A stretch of 62,972 nt of DNA, the filler included, from Sphacelaria rigidula (taxonomy: Eukaryota), in the NCBI GenBank assembly GCA_964200075.2. It is 9 parts of 9 records of this genome, joined end to end, with 100 filler letters (N's around TTAATTAATTAA, not from the genome) between each part and the next. Parts side by side here need not be neighbours in the genome. Positions count along the whole stretch, not along the records: positions 28,033 to 34,940 come from CAXNAA020017467.1; positions 35,041 to 41,948 come from CAXNAA020017468.1; positions 42,049 to 48,956 come from CAXNAA020017469.1; 6 more parts are not named here. One strand, 5' to 3'. Below are positions 34,390-47,296 of the stretch, piece by piece. Position 1 is the first letter of the stretch. Every line of letters begins with the position of its first letter. The position numbers were made by a program, and so were the translations under genes. The notes under the pieces were generated by a model that did not search any database, was not told the DNA's origin, and saw nothing but the letters and a program-made list of their open reading frames with translations.

Positions 34390-35586
34390 TTGTGTCGTCA
34401 GCAGGCAGCCCCAAAACGACACATACATATATGTTGCACAGACAGGTCGTTCAACGGGGGCAGGTGGTCAAAAGCGCCATTTTTCCAAACGCGGGGGGAT
34501 GGGGAGTGTTCACTGGTACCCCCTATGCACATGAAAAAAACGCACTCCCTTATGCACATGAAAAACACACACGACGTGTTGCCGCAGTAGCTAGTTGTCA
34601 GAGACATACATCCCCCCATCCGCCCACTGAAGACGTCGTGATGACCTCGTGCGAGCTTGTTCCACGGAACAATCGCGACGTTATAACTTCGACAATACGA
34701 TCGGGAAGAAGGGTGTGGCGGGGATGATGCGGCAATATCCACTACCCAAACCTATCGCGGATCGACTCGTAAGTTGCTCGTTCTGCAGGCATATGTGTCA
34801 GATCCTGGCGTGCGTCGCCTCATGATCGCCAATTCAGTCATTCGTATTTTATTACAATGGACGTGATCTAACAGTGCTTTCGTGAGATTTAGAGTAGATG
34901 ATACGATTGAGAGTGAAAAGCGGTCAATCAGTGAATGAATNNNNNNNNNNNNNNNNNNNNNNNNNNNNNNNNNNNNNNNNNNNNTTAATTAATTAANNNN
35001 NNNNNNNNNNNNNNNNNNNNNNNNNNNNNNNNNNNNNNNNCGGCTGATGCGCCCACATATCCCGAAAGGGGTAGACTGGCGCCCAGAATAAATGGGACGA
35101 CAACACAGACATAATAATGGTAATAATGGTGATGGTTCTATGAAAAAATTCGATAATGGTTTCAAACCATTATTTAACGTTCCCGGCTTAAAAAGCCGTC
35201 ATCAGTTACGAATGCTACATGCGGCACACGTATTTTTTAGCTCGAGTGAAGCCAGAAACGTGTCTCCGGCTCCGGCATGGCGCCTCCAGCGGGGCCCTCC
35301 GGGGATGCCGATGGCGGGGCCCCCTCTGCCGGAGGGCGGGGGCTTCTTGGCTCGCGACTGCGCCGCTCGATGACCAAACCAATGTGTACCATTTAACTGA
35401 TTAGTGGTTGCGCTATGCGTGACCATTCAACTGGTTAATGATTAGACAAACCATTTCCGAGCTCTACTGAAAACCCTACTTTCGGGTCGGCTCTAGGATA
35501 GCAATATTGTCTTCTTCCCTGACGCTCGTGGAGCTACAAACTCAGCGTAGCGTACGCACTCACGAGCAGTGTATCAATCGGCAATA

Positions 35587-35795
35587 GAGAGTGTCAGAAA
35601 AACGCTTTTTTTGTCATTTCAGAGTGCAAATATCTCAGGATCAGAGTGCAGATTTTTTTTTTTTTTAAACACCTCATGGAAAAAAAGTGAAGAGGATACC
35701 ACATTTGACGGGGAGGGAAATAATTTTTCGATACACTCTGATCCTAAGATATTTGCACTCTGAAATGACAAAAAAAAGCGTTTTCCCACACTCTC
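35587..35795. mobile_element. 209-bp MITE with ~60-bp TIRs and TA flanks
   Basis: It reads TA|GAGAGTGTCAGAAAACGC...GCGTTTTCCCACACTCTC|TA. Confidence 0.8.
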
Positions 35796-37787
35796 TAACA
35801 TGTCCTGAGTGGCCTGGGATACACGAGTGTAGGTCTCCCTCTCTACGTGCGTTTGGGTGCGTGCGGGGGGTTAACACCGAGGATCCTACAGAAGCACGTT
35901 CAAAACATGGAAAACCTCACTGCGAACTCCCTCTCAGAAATCGAAGGCCCTCCTCGTAATGCACCTCTAGGGCACTCACAACGCCTACTTATTTACTAGC
36001 CCTTAGGGTCGCTCCCAGGAAGCCGCAAACGTGCGCAGTGGTGAATTTCCCGCCACCCTGCTTGCTGCGGTGTACCCACATGACTGCTGTAACGCCGTTT
36101 TTTGGCGGCATCCGCGATGATTTTTGTCGTGGACCAACCCTGTCAGCAGGTTGTCGCGACACTGCCCTGAGGCTATGCACCCCCCATGCTTCATCGGCAG
36201 CATTTTCGCCCACGGCTCTCTTGTCCTGCGGTACTACTGAAGATTCGGCGTGTCTGACTCCAGGACCCAGAATTCGGGGGGGGGTTACAGCCGTCTAAAC
36301 CCAGCATAAAAGTGGTTGCGCCGCACTTTGGGAACCGTACCGTGGTTCAGGAGCAAACTCTCAAACAGGGGATAGTGACAATTACAAGCAGTCTTTTGTA
36401 CAGGGAATGAGCAGAGGCGGTTAAAATTGTTCGATATAAACACGGGATTTCACAAATTGTGGCGGGTGTATTTTTTTGACGATGGGCGAGGCCACAAATC
36501 ACGGTTGGAGAGCGCACTTTACTTGCATTTGTGTTTTCGAAAATACTTCGATGCCTACGAAGGTTCCCAAGATTCATCCTAAAAACAGATACACACACGC
36601 ACACACACACATCAGCAATTTGTCAAATCCCGTGTTATGAAGGGTTATTTCCATCCACGAAATCTTTCAACAGCAGCGAGGGATGATATCCGTGTCCCGT
36701 GTCCCTCCCTCGTTACCGTAACTCTTCTGTGCGACCTGCTTCTGCAACACAACGATACCGCATGTTTCGCTCCCGATTTTTCTCCGGATTTCACGATAGA
36801 TGAGTGAATTTTTCGAGGATCCAAACGATTCGCAAATAACTGACGAACCCTTCTGTACGTCGCGCATCGAACCTCCGACTTTGGCTGGCTGACGGTGAAA
36901 TCTGGAAGTGGTCTTGACTTCCCTCCGTACTTTTCGTTTCACTCTACACGTGCGTCCACTGTGGGTACCCGTCCGTACTCCAACCGTATGTTACCTGAGG
37001 GTGCGATGCTATGGCGTGAAACAGGGACGTCGACGCTCCCTTCTGGGTGCCCGGCACAAACACGCTAGGTGCGCATTGGAAACCCGACTGGGCTACCGCT
37101 GGTGGGGCAGGCAATCTGTTTTTAACCCTAAGCGAGCGAGCAGAGACGAAATAACAGGAGGAACAAAAAGTTGACAACGCACGAGAAAGAAGAAACAAAA
37201 AATAGGTATAAAAAAAAACGTGGTTGATGATCACCACAATAATGAAAAAGTAAAAATGATGAGAAAAAAACAGTGATGATAAAATAATGAAAACGGCAAA
37301 AAACGATGAAAATAACAATGATGATGATTATCATGATGAGAACATACACACGAGGAAGGAAGGCGGGGGCCCAACTGCCGATTCAATTTCAGGTTGGAAG
37401 GATAAAGCTCCGCCAAAACCAGTGGATGCGGGAATATCAGAGAGAGGGAGAGAGAGATAACAAAAAAATAAAGTATCACATGTGCTCTACGGATCGATAT
37501 TTCGATGATTACAGGGGATCCGATCTGCCGCCGAAATATATTTTGGGGAGATTCCTCCTCACTTGTTGAAGCATACGTATCTCCCAAACTTTTTCTTGAA
37601 AACAAAAACACGAGAAAATGAAGAAAAAAAAACGCCTGGGAAAAGAGAAGAGAGAAGGGAAGAACAGGAGAGAGCGCTGCAAGCTACAGAAGCGGGAAAA
37701 CATGCACGCAATCCACTGACTCACATATTGGTATTCCAATGCCCACAAGGCATCCGGCACGCGGTCGAAACATGCTGGGGCTTCCAC

Positions 37788-38776
37788 CTTGTGAGTCGTA
37801 ACCGCCGAAACGCCTCCTCCCACACGCTCCCCTCCTGCGGCGCCTTCCACACCCCGTCCGATACGTCTGGCCCCAACCACACCAAGCTAATTCTCTTCCT
37901 GTCGCCCGTGTACAGCATGTCCAGCACACCACCACTACTGCTCTCGCTGCTGCTACCACCGCGTATTGCGTCATCTCCCACCACGTCCGCTCCCGCGGAG
38001 CCCCCAACGGCGTCGCCATCGGGCTGCCCCCTCTCAGCGGCACTACTACCACCATGCCTCTGCCCGGGCTTTTGACGAACCTCCCCCTCCGTTGTAGTCC
38101 TTGCTTTCGACTCTGTCGTCTCTTGCTTTCCGGGCTTCGCTATCATCGCGGCATCCGGTTCCGCTTCATCTCCGGCGACCTGTCTCGCGTTGGCGACGCC
38201 AGCGGAGCTTTCCAGCCGCGACTGTTGCCGCTGCCGCTCGTCCTTTGCTACAGCTGGGGATTGTCCCCTGCCGTCCTCTCTCTCGGCAATACCGTTGTCC
38301 CTATTGGTGTTCGGGCGGGGCAGCGGCTCTTGCTGCTCGGGGGTGGGATATTTTTCGTCCTTCCCGTCGGTTTGTTTTCGTTTGGGCTGAGCTAACCTCG
38401 CCCAGATATTTCCCCATTCTTGGCCGAGGCGACGTCGTAGAACGATTTGCCATGGCTGCCGCGGTTGTCGTTGCCGTTCATCACCTTGTCGCGGTAGCTG
38501 CTGCTGTTGCTGCTGTTGTTGTTCATTGGTGACCACCTCAGAAGTACTAGCAGGAGCAGAATCATGAATATCGGCGAACTTCGACGTCGTATCCACGTGG
38601 TAGGGGTCTTCCCCAGCCCCTGCCGAAGAACCCAAAAGACGCGCCGGAACCGGGACCTCGTCATCACTACGGACCGCCATGCTAGCAAGGGCTTCGTGAG
38701 CGCTCGCGCTGGCTGAAGAGCTGGGTATGTTGGGAGAATCGAGGGCTGGTGAGTCGAGAGGCGGCAGGCCGGTCAT
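37788..38776 (-). CDS. Probable large exon of a low-complexity (Q/S/E/G-rich) hypothetical protein
   Basis: It is a GC-rich stretch within the 381-codon ORF 37721-38866, with poly-Q, an ATG at 38776, a possible weak donor AAG|GTGGAA near 37788 and an AT-rich intron-like flank. No family was recognised. Confidence 0.5.
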
Positions 38777-39596
38777 GCGCGTCCACGCGGCCACGGCGTC
38801 GAAATGCCTGGGTGCGTGCACACAAGTAACAATGTAGCGGCAGCAAGAACAACGACGACGACACAATAATGAGACAGGAGATTATCGAGAAGAGGTGGAT
38901 GAAATAGAGTATCATGGTTGAATAATTTTTTGAATCAGGTCAGGATGTGTATTTTGTGGTGCACGATAACACATACATACATTTCAGTTTTGATCTGTCT
39001 TGGGTACGTCCATCATGACACCACTGCTGGACCCCTGGGGGGTCAATTAAAGTGCGACAGTCAATCAAATCAATCAAATCAATCGTACATACATAGATAC
39101 ATACATAGATACATGCATACACATATTTATATTCAAGCGTCGAAAAGCACCGTACATACAGACATTCACCATACGTCCGTCCAAGTTGGGACATATGACC
39201 ATGAATATGCAATAATTACATTTATCATTCATCACACGGGGGCATGTGATTTTTGCGTTAGTTCCTTCCCATCTGAAGCCCCAATTCCGCATGCCGACTA
39301 CTTTTTTTCTAGTTTTTGCATTCCTTTTCTTTTCAGTATACCGTGTTTGTTCTAATTTCGTCTGTTTTCTTCACGTTTCTTCAACGAGTGTTTCCGTCTT
39401 GTTTAACTTGGGTACGGCTGGGACCCTCGGGGATTATTTCAGGCAGTCCGACAATCAATCAAATCAGCCAATCTAAAAATAATACCAACAGTAGCCAGTC
39501 CTCAGTGTCGGTGGTGGGTGTATCGACGTGCAACCATGACGTCGGTCAATTTCAAGATAAGCCAACAGGAAATATATACATATATATGTGATATTA

Positions 39597-39666
<70 letters not shown>

Positions 39667-39679
39667 GTTATTGTTATTA

Positions 39680-39732
<53 letters not shown>

Positions 39733-39843
39733 GTTATTATTATTGTTATTGTTATTGTTATTGTTATTGTTATTGTTATTGTTATTGTTATTGTTATTGT
39801 TATTGTTATTGTTATTGTTATTGTTATTATTATTATTATTATT
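39597..39843 (+). repeat. Compound (TAT)n/(TATTGT)n microsatellite
   Basis: Directly visible. Confidence 0.97.
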
Positions 39844-40110
39844 TTACAACTATCACCGCACATTGGTCCAATCTCGCGAACCCGTGGTTACAAACAAATA
39901 AGGAACACACACAGGAAACAAATATGCTATATGCATACAAAGTTCCCCTTAGGGAGGTTCGTACGGGCCTCCCGGGGGTGACGCAAGTCGAAAGTATAAA
40001 ATATACTTCGTATGCCTTCTCAGTGCGCTGCAAAAGAAAGCGTGGGAATAAATGCCTTGCTGGCGGAGGAAACTCGGCAAAAGTGGCGAAAAATGCGAAA
40101 TGATATATCA

Positions 40111-40403
40111 CAATGTTTTCGTGAAATTGAGAGTTGAAGGTACGACTGAGAGTGAAAAGCGGTCAATTCGTGAAAGAGCCGGTTCAGTTCCGAAATACAT
40201 CTCCACCAGGCCCAATATTCTCTCTGTAGTAGCTTGCCACTGAGGCCCTCGAAACCCCTGAGAAGGATATCAACGTGTAGCTGTAAGCACATGGCAGTGA
40301 TGAGACGACGAAAAACACACGGAATGAAAAATTGGCCAAGTTAAAGCGAATGATCAAAGTAACTCTCAATCCGCACCCAACTCTCAATCTCACGAAAACC
40401 TTG
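40111..40403. mobile_element. ~290-bp MITE with TIR CAATGTTTTCGTGAGATTGAGAGT; further copies at 40568-40862, 7735-7969 and 34872-34940 (partial)
   Basis: It has inverted termini, and four homologous copies occur in three segments. Confidence 0.8.
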
Positions 40404-42048
40404 TTACATGTACATAATAATATACATGGGTTAAATAAAGAGAGAAAAAGCGCGCGAGTCATCGCTTTGTCCGCGACGATCGAGCAGGTATTTTTTGTCC
40501 TCCGCGAAAAACAAAGAGGCGTGGACAAACAAACATAACTGATGAGGGAGCCTCCAATTACATAGAACAATGTTTTCGTGAGATTGAGAGTAGAGGATAC
40601 CATTGAGAGTGAGAAGCGGTCGATGAATGAATAAATCGTTTCAGTTCCGAAATACCCCTCCGCGAGGCGCGATATGCTTTCTTGCGTAGTAGCATGCCAC
40701 TGACGCCCTTGATATCCCTCAGTAGGATATCAATGTGTGTGTAACTATTAGCACAGGCCAGTGATGGAGGCAAAGAAAAGCACGCAAGGAATAAAAAAAC
40801 GGGCAAGTTAAATCGAATGACCAAAGCCACTCTAAATCAGCGCGCTACTCTTCATCTCACGATGTTACAGGTCACGTACGACTTCGAATGCACACCTTTG
40901 GCCATAATTCACCCATCATATCATATACCCGCATTTTCCAATGTGATGATTGGTACTCGATTTTACTTGATTTCAGACTGAAGAAAGTTCTGAGAAAAAA
41001 CATGATTTGAGGCCGGTGAGCAGCGATAAGCAGTAGACTCAGGTCGTCCAGAACGTGTTTTGGTCCAAAATTGGCTCGAAGGCGTCGATTGGACCTCTCG
41101 GAAGGCGCCGATTTGTCCTCTCGCAACGCACGCTTTACTTGAGGCCTTTATTATCGTCAAATGAAAAAAATGGGAGAAGGTCTGAATTTCCGGCAATCGC
41201 CTAGGACTCGTCAAGGGCTCGTTATTATCTCCGTCTACTGTTGCTGTCAGATATCTCAGTATAGATGGTGCCGATCTCGTCGTTTGCTTGCCTTCGCCGG
41301 CAAAATTAAGGACAGGGTTATGCTACCTGCCGTGTATGGCGTTCATAACTGTGGCGAACATATTTCTCACAACTTTTCTGTGACACGGGGGGGTAGTCGG
41401 ACAGGCTAGGGCGTGATCGACCGGCGCTCTCGGGATGCTGCAGGAGCACACATGAGTGAAAATACCGACTGTAAAAAGCCCCGTGCATAGATTGCAGCAT
41501 GCTTTCTGTGAGTTGTACGCGCAGATACACCAAATAAAACCACCAGCTATACACTTTTCAGCCGGCGCAGTAGCGTACACTCGTAGCAGCACTGCAAGCA
41601 AGTAGGTAGCTACTGGACTGTTTCTGCTCTTCACTTCGAAAGTGCGTTAGTCTGCAAACGACGACCACCGTGCTTGGCCCCAACAGCTCCAACACCGCTG
41701 CCGGGGCACACACGGTCTAAGAAAATAGACACCGCCAGCCCGCGGTGCTTTTTACTCTACGACATAGCCCAGGGTGTCACTAGCAAGGTTCCTTATGATT
41801 CTCGCATGCTTGCGAGCGCCACGGCGTCCGCCAAGGGCAGCTCTGCGGAGTATTGCGCTGCGGTCCGAAATATTTGGCGTTCGCCAAACGTGAAGGCTTG
41901 GCGGAAAAATCTAGCCGCTTCATTTTCGGAGAAGGCCAAGCGCCAGGTNNNNNNNNNNNNNNNNNNNNNNNNNNNNNNNNNNNNNNNNNNNNTTAATTAA
42001 TTAANNNNNNNNNNNNNNNNNNNNNNNNNNNNNNNNNNNNNNNNNNNN

Positions 42049-43039
42049 CAATTATTCGAGTATACTATTTGAGACCATACTCAATCTACTCAAAATTTGA
42101 GTAGAGTATAGAGGTAATACTCAAGTGATACTCTATACTCAAGTATTACTGAGAGTGCTTGCTCAATATTTGAGTAGAGTATTGGAGGTCGTACTCGACC
42201 TACTCAAAACTTGAGTAGAGTATTGGAGGCCGAACTCAACGTACTCAAAATTTTAGTAGAGTAATTTAGGCCGTACTCAACACACTCAAAATATGACAAG
42301 AGTATTTGAGGCCGTACTCGACCTACTCAAACGTCGAGTAGAGTAAAAACTCGAGTATTTTACTCGAGTACTCAAAAGTACATACTCTACTCGACCCACC
42401 CTTGAAATACTGGTCATTTCCATACTATACCGGCTGGTGAGATGGGGCGCTGGGGCGCTGGGGCAGGTAGGTTCATTCACCTGCACGATTTTTCGATTTT
42501 TTCATGGCCATCATTCGCTCATAGTCCTTGTTGATTGTGATGTCACGCCGCCCATCTAATTGATGGCCATCGTTCGCCCATGTATTCAGCATCGTCTGTG
42601 AAGCCACGTCACAAAGTCGCCGACTGTCACGGATACTCACCATATCCAAGGGGTACTCTATGCTCAAGTATTACTGAGAGTGCTTAATCGAAATTTGAGT
42701 AGAGTACTGGAGGCCGCCCTCAACCTACTCAAAATTTGAGTATTGAGATCATACTCAAGGGGTACTCTATACTCCGGTATTATTGAGAATGCTCACTCAA
42801 AGTTCGATTCGAGTATTTGAGGTGGTACTCAACCTATTCAAACTTTGAGTAGAGTATCCGAGGTCGTGCTCGACCTACTCAAAATGTGAGTAGGGAATTT
42901 GAGGCCGTACTCGACCTACTCAAAAAATGAGTAAAGTATTTGAGGTCGTACTCGACCTACTCAAACGTCGAGTAGAATGGTTACTTGAGTATTTTACTCG
43001 AGTTCTCAAAAGTACATTCTCTACTCGACCTACCTACCC
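42049..43039. repeat. Two blocks (42049-42400, 42648-43039) of GAGTA/TACTC-rich internally repetitive elements
   Basis: The unit TACTCGACCTACTCAAAATTTGAGTAGAGTATT recurs, and both blocks end in CTCTACTCGACC..ACCC. Confidence 0.85.
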
Positions 43040-43359
43040 TTGGAATGTTTTTCCCGGGATGGCTAATCTCTGCTGTTTTAGTCCTATCGTACATATTTGT
43101 ATCGAGTGGGCCCTTCGCGGTTGAAGTGCTGGGATAAAAAGTTTTTGGTCTTGCATGTAGAGAGTGATTTTCCAGAGGACCTGGAGGTCCGGAGTAAGGA
43201 TACCGATGCGACCGAAGAGAGCAGAAGGAAACTGGCAGAAGGTGCAGCCAGAGAACTTTCTCTGTCCCATAGGTGAAGGTCCTTATGAGGGGCAGATCAT
43301 ACCTCGCCAATGGAGTTGCCTACAATGCTTAAGTTAGGTTTGCTGAAACGTTATAGATA

Positions 43360-43872
43360 CGGTGATCCTTGTAAAATAAAAGACAAATCGGACTCGGACT
43401 TGCTGAGAAATAGTGGTTCAACGAGGGGAAATTTTATTTGGCGAGTTTTTGGGAATAGTTTGAGAATTGTTTCGAGAGTGCTTTCGAGAATTCATGTTAA
43501 TTCACGACGTTTGGAGGCCCACCGCATCCCACAACCACGATGCATACCCCCCCTCGAAACGTAAACGAGGAGTCGAAGTATCGTTGGGCCACCATTTTGC
43601 CATGACGGTGGAGAGAGCGTTGGCCATTCCAACAGGCAAATCAAGGGTGACCAATGGCGCTCTAGCCCCCATCGCAGAGCGTTACGGTGTTGGCGCTCGC
43701 TACCCAAGAAAACATTGGTCCGAGTGCAAAGCTCGGATCAACGAGACCGGGAGCTCAATTTCTCAAACAAACCTCGTAGTGGGCGGCCGTCGCTTTTCAC
43801 CCCACCAAAATTCCGCTGCACTGCGGGCAATCAACAAGAATGACTGATCACTCACGATCAGGCAAGTGTCCT
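43360..43872 (+). mobile_element. 5' remnant of a Tc1/mariner-like transposon (HTH region only)
   Basis: TA|CGGTG is a possible terminus. The translation GALAPIAERYGVGARYPRKHW, frameshifted SGRPS and SLTIRQVS resemble a mariner paired-like N-terminus. No DDE/D core is present. Confidence 0.45.
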
Positions 43873-46707
43873 TAGGAGCACTTTTTCGCCCCTAGAAAAG
43901 GGGCGAAATATGGCCTTCTTGGGGCCGACTGCTTCTGTTCGGGCCGTTCATGCATGCAGGGCGGTGCGTGCAAAAAACAAAAAAACGGGTTCCAACTAAC
44001 AAAACACCGAAGATTTCAAAAACAAAAAACCGCCCACGGCGTCGGACACTATTAACCCATTTTGGGACCGACCCCCACTGACACAGGGTTGACCTTGTGT
44101 TGGTGAAATAATTGAAAATACGTCTTTGAGCGACGTGCCCAATCACGGCGAGGCAAAATATATGGAGCAGACCTGAACGACCAGCGCGGGGATTGTTGGC
44201 GAGTCTGATGCCACTGCAAAGATTGTGTGGGGGCCCTATCCCTGACCCAGATAAGCCTTCCCAGATTTCCAAGTGCAGGGCGGTCGGAACTTGGTTATAT
44301 GATATTACTTGCACTCAGTACGGCGTTCCCGAGTTTTCCGGTGTGGTTTTTGCGTCACAATTTCATACTAAAACGTTGTGATTACACCAACACCGGGTCG
44401 ACCGAAAAACCCGGGAAGGGGTGTACATGCTAGAATGTCGTCGTTTCCACGAGGCACTAAACCCAGGTGGGCCGTGGGAAAACAAAAAGAGCCACCGTCA
44501 TGAATTCTGCTTATCCCTCCGCCGATGACTTGCAGTGTGCACTCAACATGTATGAAGTGGGCGGGGATGAAGAAGCGGTATATGGGCAGTTCATCTCGGT
44601 AGCTGAGAATCGCTCAGGACGTGCAAGGGGGTATGCAGCGGCAGCTACTGCTCCAGTCAGAGAGGCGCACTGCATTGTACTTACTATACTGCAGTATGTA
44701 TACGCGCCGCAACGCTGATACCCTTTGAAGAGAATCTGCCGCATGCAAAAAAGGGGAAAATGGCGGCCCACCCCGACCACAAAGGGCTGTGTGGCAAGGT
44801 GATGGGGACAAAAGTATCTCACAAAACCACAGTGGCGGGCGGCCCGCCGGTCGCCGCATCCTGTTGGAAGCTCTTTAACGCGACCCATACTGCTTGCTAC
44901 ATCAAATGTACACCACCTAATGCGCACCCTGCACCTGAAAATAGTTCAGATTAAACTTTCGGTCTTCGTCATAACCCTGCGGTTACATACACGGATTCTC
45001 AGCAACACGCCAATATTTCTTGGAGACGCCAGACACGTCATTTCTGACCAGCCTCATTGGTCGTTCTGGAGGCCCGGTCCCAAAAGGGTTAAGGGTCTGT
45101 GTAATAATGAGGACCTTTCGTTATGGGACAGAGGAAGTATGACCACTGCACAAGCGACCACATCTTTGTCGGCCCTGCGTTTACATAATTATTTCGACAG
45201 TGCCTCCGCCATCGTCATAATGTGCCGAAATATGCTAAAACAAATGTAAGCACTGTGCCCATAGACTACGGTTCTATTTTCGTGGCATTTTTTCGAGAGA
45301 CGCTTTGTGACCACGGTTCCACGGGTGGCATGTTGTGCTCTTCTTCTGCGCGACATATTTCCGGCGAAGCTCTGCTTACCGCCGGATTGCGCAGTTGTGA
45401 TATGTCCCGGCGTCTTTTGTTTCCCGGGCGAGCGTTTGTCTATCACACTACTGGCCTCGTCTACATTTCGGCCCTGTCGATTACACAGCTGTGTTTCCGA
45501 GTGCACAAACCACACTTGTAGGCTCGCGCGAGTAAATGTTGGTGCTGTGTTTATATGTCGGTACAGAGCCTGTCTGGTTTGCGCCCAAATAAATTTGTCT
45601 TTTGTACGGTTGTTGCCGAGCGAACATTTCGCGATTGGAGGGTGATTGGGCATCTGAAGTATTTTGGTCCGAGCTCACTGTGTGTGATTTCCAGCGGAGC
45701 ATTCGATATCTTTGTGTGGTGCAGAACATTTCAGAATATGTGGCCGTCTCATTTTTCGGGCGACGCTTTGGGTTGGAAACTGCCGATGTGACCCTGCACC
45801 TGACTAGTTTAGTTATGCGTTCATAGTTGTGTTTCCGGGTGAGCCGTGGATTGCCGCCCAGCCGTGCTCAATCGTCTTCACCCTGTGGATCGAAGGTCGT
45901 TACCGGTCGGAGCCTTCACCGTAGCAGGGTTCGGCTACAACGATAGAGGTCCTGCTTGTAAATCAGTGTGTGCTTCGTTCAGGGCATCGGCTCCCGCAGA
46001 ATGGCGCCGAGTCATGAGGATCTCGTTGTATTTTGTAATTTGGAAGCGAACGGTTGTCCAACACCCGGCGGCGACGAGGAGTTTCGCAGAGCCAGGGCTT
46101 CGCTACATCTACTTTCTCCGCAAATGCTTCCTACTGCATTCTTTCTTGTCGAGTGGCGGACCGGGAAAGCCGTACTGGCAAGGTAGGACCCAGCGCCTTG
46201 GTGCGCTTTGTATGTGTGTCTCTCGGTCTCCGTGTAAATCATCGAGGAAGATAATCTGGGTCTGTTGCTTATACCGTCGATCGACCGCGCTGATGTGCAG
46301 GCCAGTCTCTGCCGAGTAGAATACCGACGACAGGCTCGGAAAGCGATAATTTTCCCTTGCATTTTTTAATCGCTTGTTCACGTTTTGGGGTAACGCTCCC
46401 AACGCCGCGATGTTGACCCCATTTTTTTTTTCAAGGGAGGGGGGAAGGAGCTGAGCTTCTTTCCCACATGTCCGACACAGAGTTCTAGTCCCTGACCTCA
46501 ACATCAAGTGCGCGCAATGCGACGTGAATGCCATACGCTTATATCGCATGGCCGAGCGCACTCAACCGCAACGCTGACCCTGCCTGTGAAGCAGCTGAGC
46601 TTACTCTAACCCTAACGTCGTGTTACGTATACATGCGTACAATGAAAAGACTAATCCAGCTACTTTTGAAGATAAAGGCGGACAGTACCACGAAAGAGTA
46701 AGGACCA

Positions 46708-47296
46708 CGAGCTGGGCCAGCTGACAGTGACTTTTGAATGTTTCGGGCCCGGCGGTTGGTAAATTCGAAAAGTCGGGCGCTGAAATTTTGACACAACACT
46801 TCCATCACAGCACGCGTAAGATTGTCAAAGGTGCGGAGAAAAAGAAAAGTCAGAGCTATTTGAAGTGTCAGCAGAAACAGGGAAAATGCTTCAACTCCGT
46901 AAACTGAAGAAATATGGCGACATCCCCTTCCACGTTGGGCACTTGCGTGCAGGAGATCCTGATAAAATTTCGGCCGATAATACCTCAAGTTGGGCTTAGC
47001 CGAACATTTATTGTGTAACACCGCTTCGCCAGTTGAATCCAAATGATGTAGGAGACTCCATCTATAGAGGTCACGAGTTCGAATCCCGACAGATTCTTGT
47101 TTTTTCGTTCCGTCGGTGAGGTTATATATTATGCGGTACATTTTTCTTCATTTTTTCTTTATATTTAGCGGCAGTGTCGTGCGTTACAAGGTTGGTCTAC
47201 AGATCACAGCGATATGTTCAAGTCAGGCTGCTTCGGTAAACTTGCGTAAGTTGTGGTGTTGGGAGCAAAGGCGGGTTTTACAGCTGGCGCAGCTCG
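46708..47296. mobile_element. Mariner-like MITE with TIR CGAGCTGGGCCAGC and an internal B-box
   Basis: It reads CGAGCTGGGCCAGCTG...CAGCTGGCGCAGCTCG|TA. The interior GAGTTCGAATCCCGACA matches the inverted interior of 57153-57749. Confidence 0.75.

Noticed and set aside
39518..40103. Poly-L, poly-Y and poly-I ORFs
   Set aside because: They are translations of the TAT microsatellite.
41860..41948. Kinase-like FSENEAARFFRQ on the minus strand
   Set aside because: It is not followed by an HRD catalytic loop or a splice donor, and stops follow.
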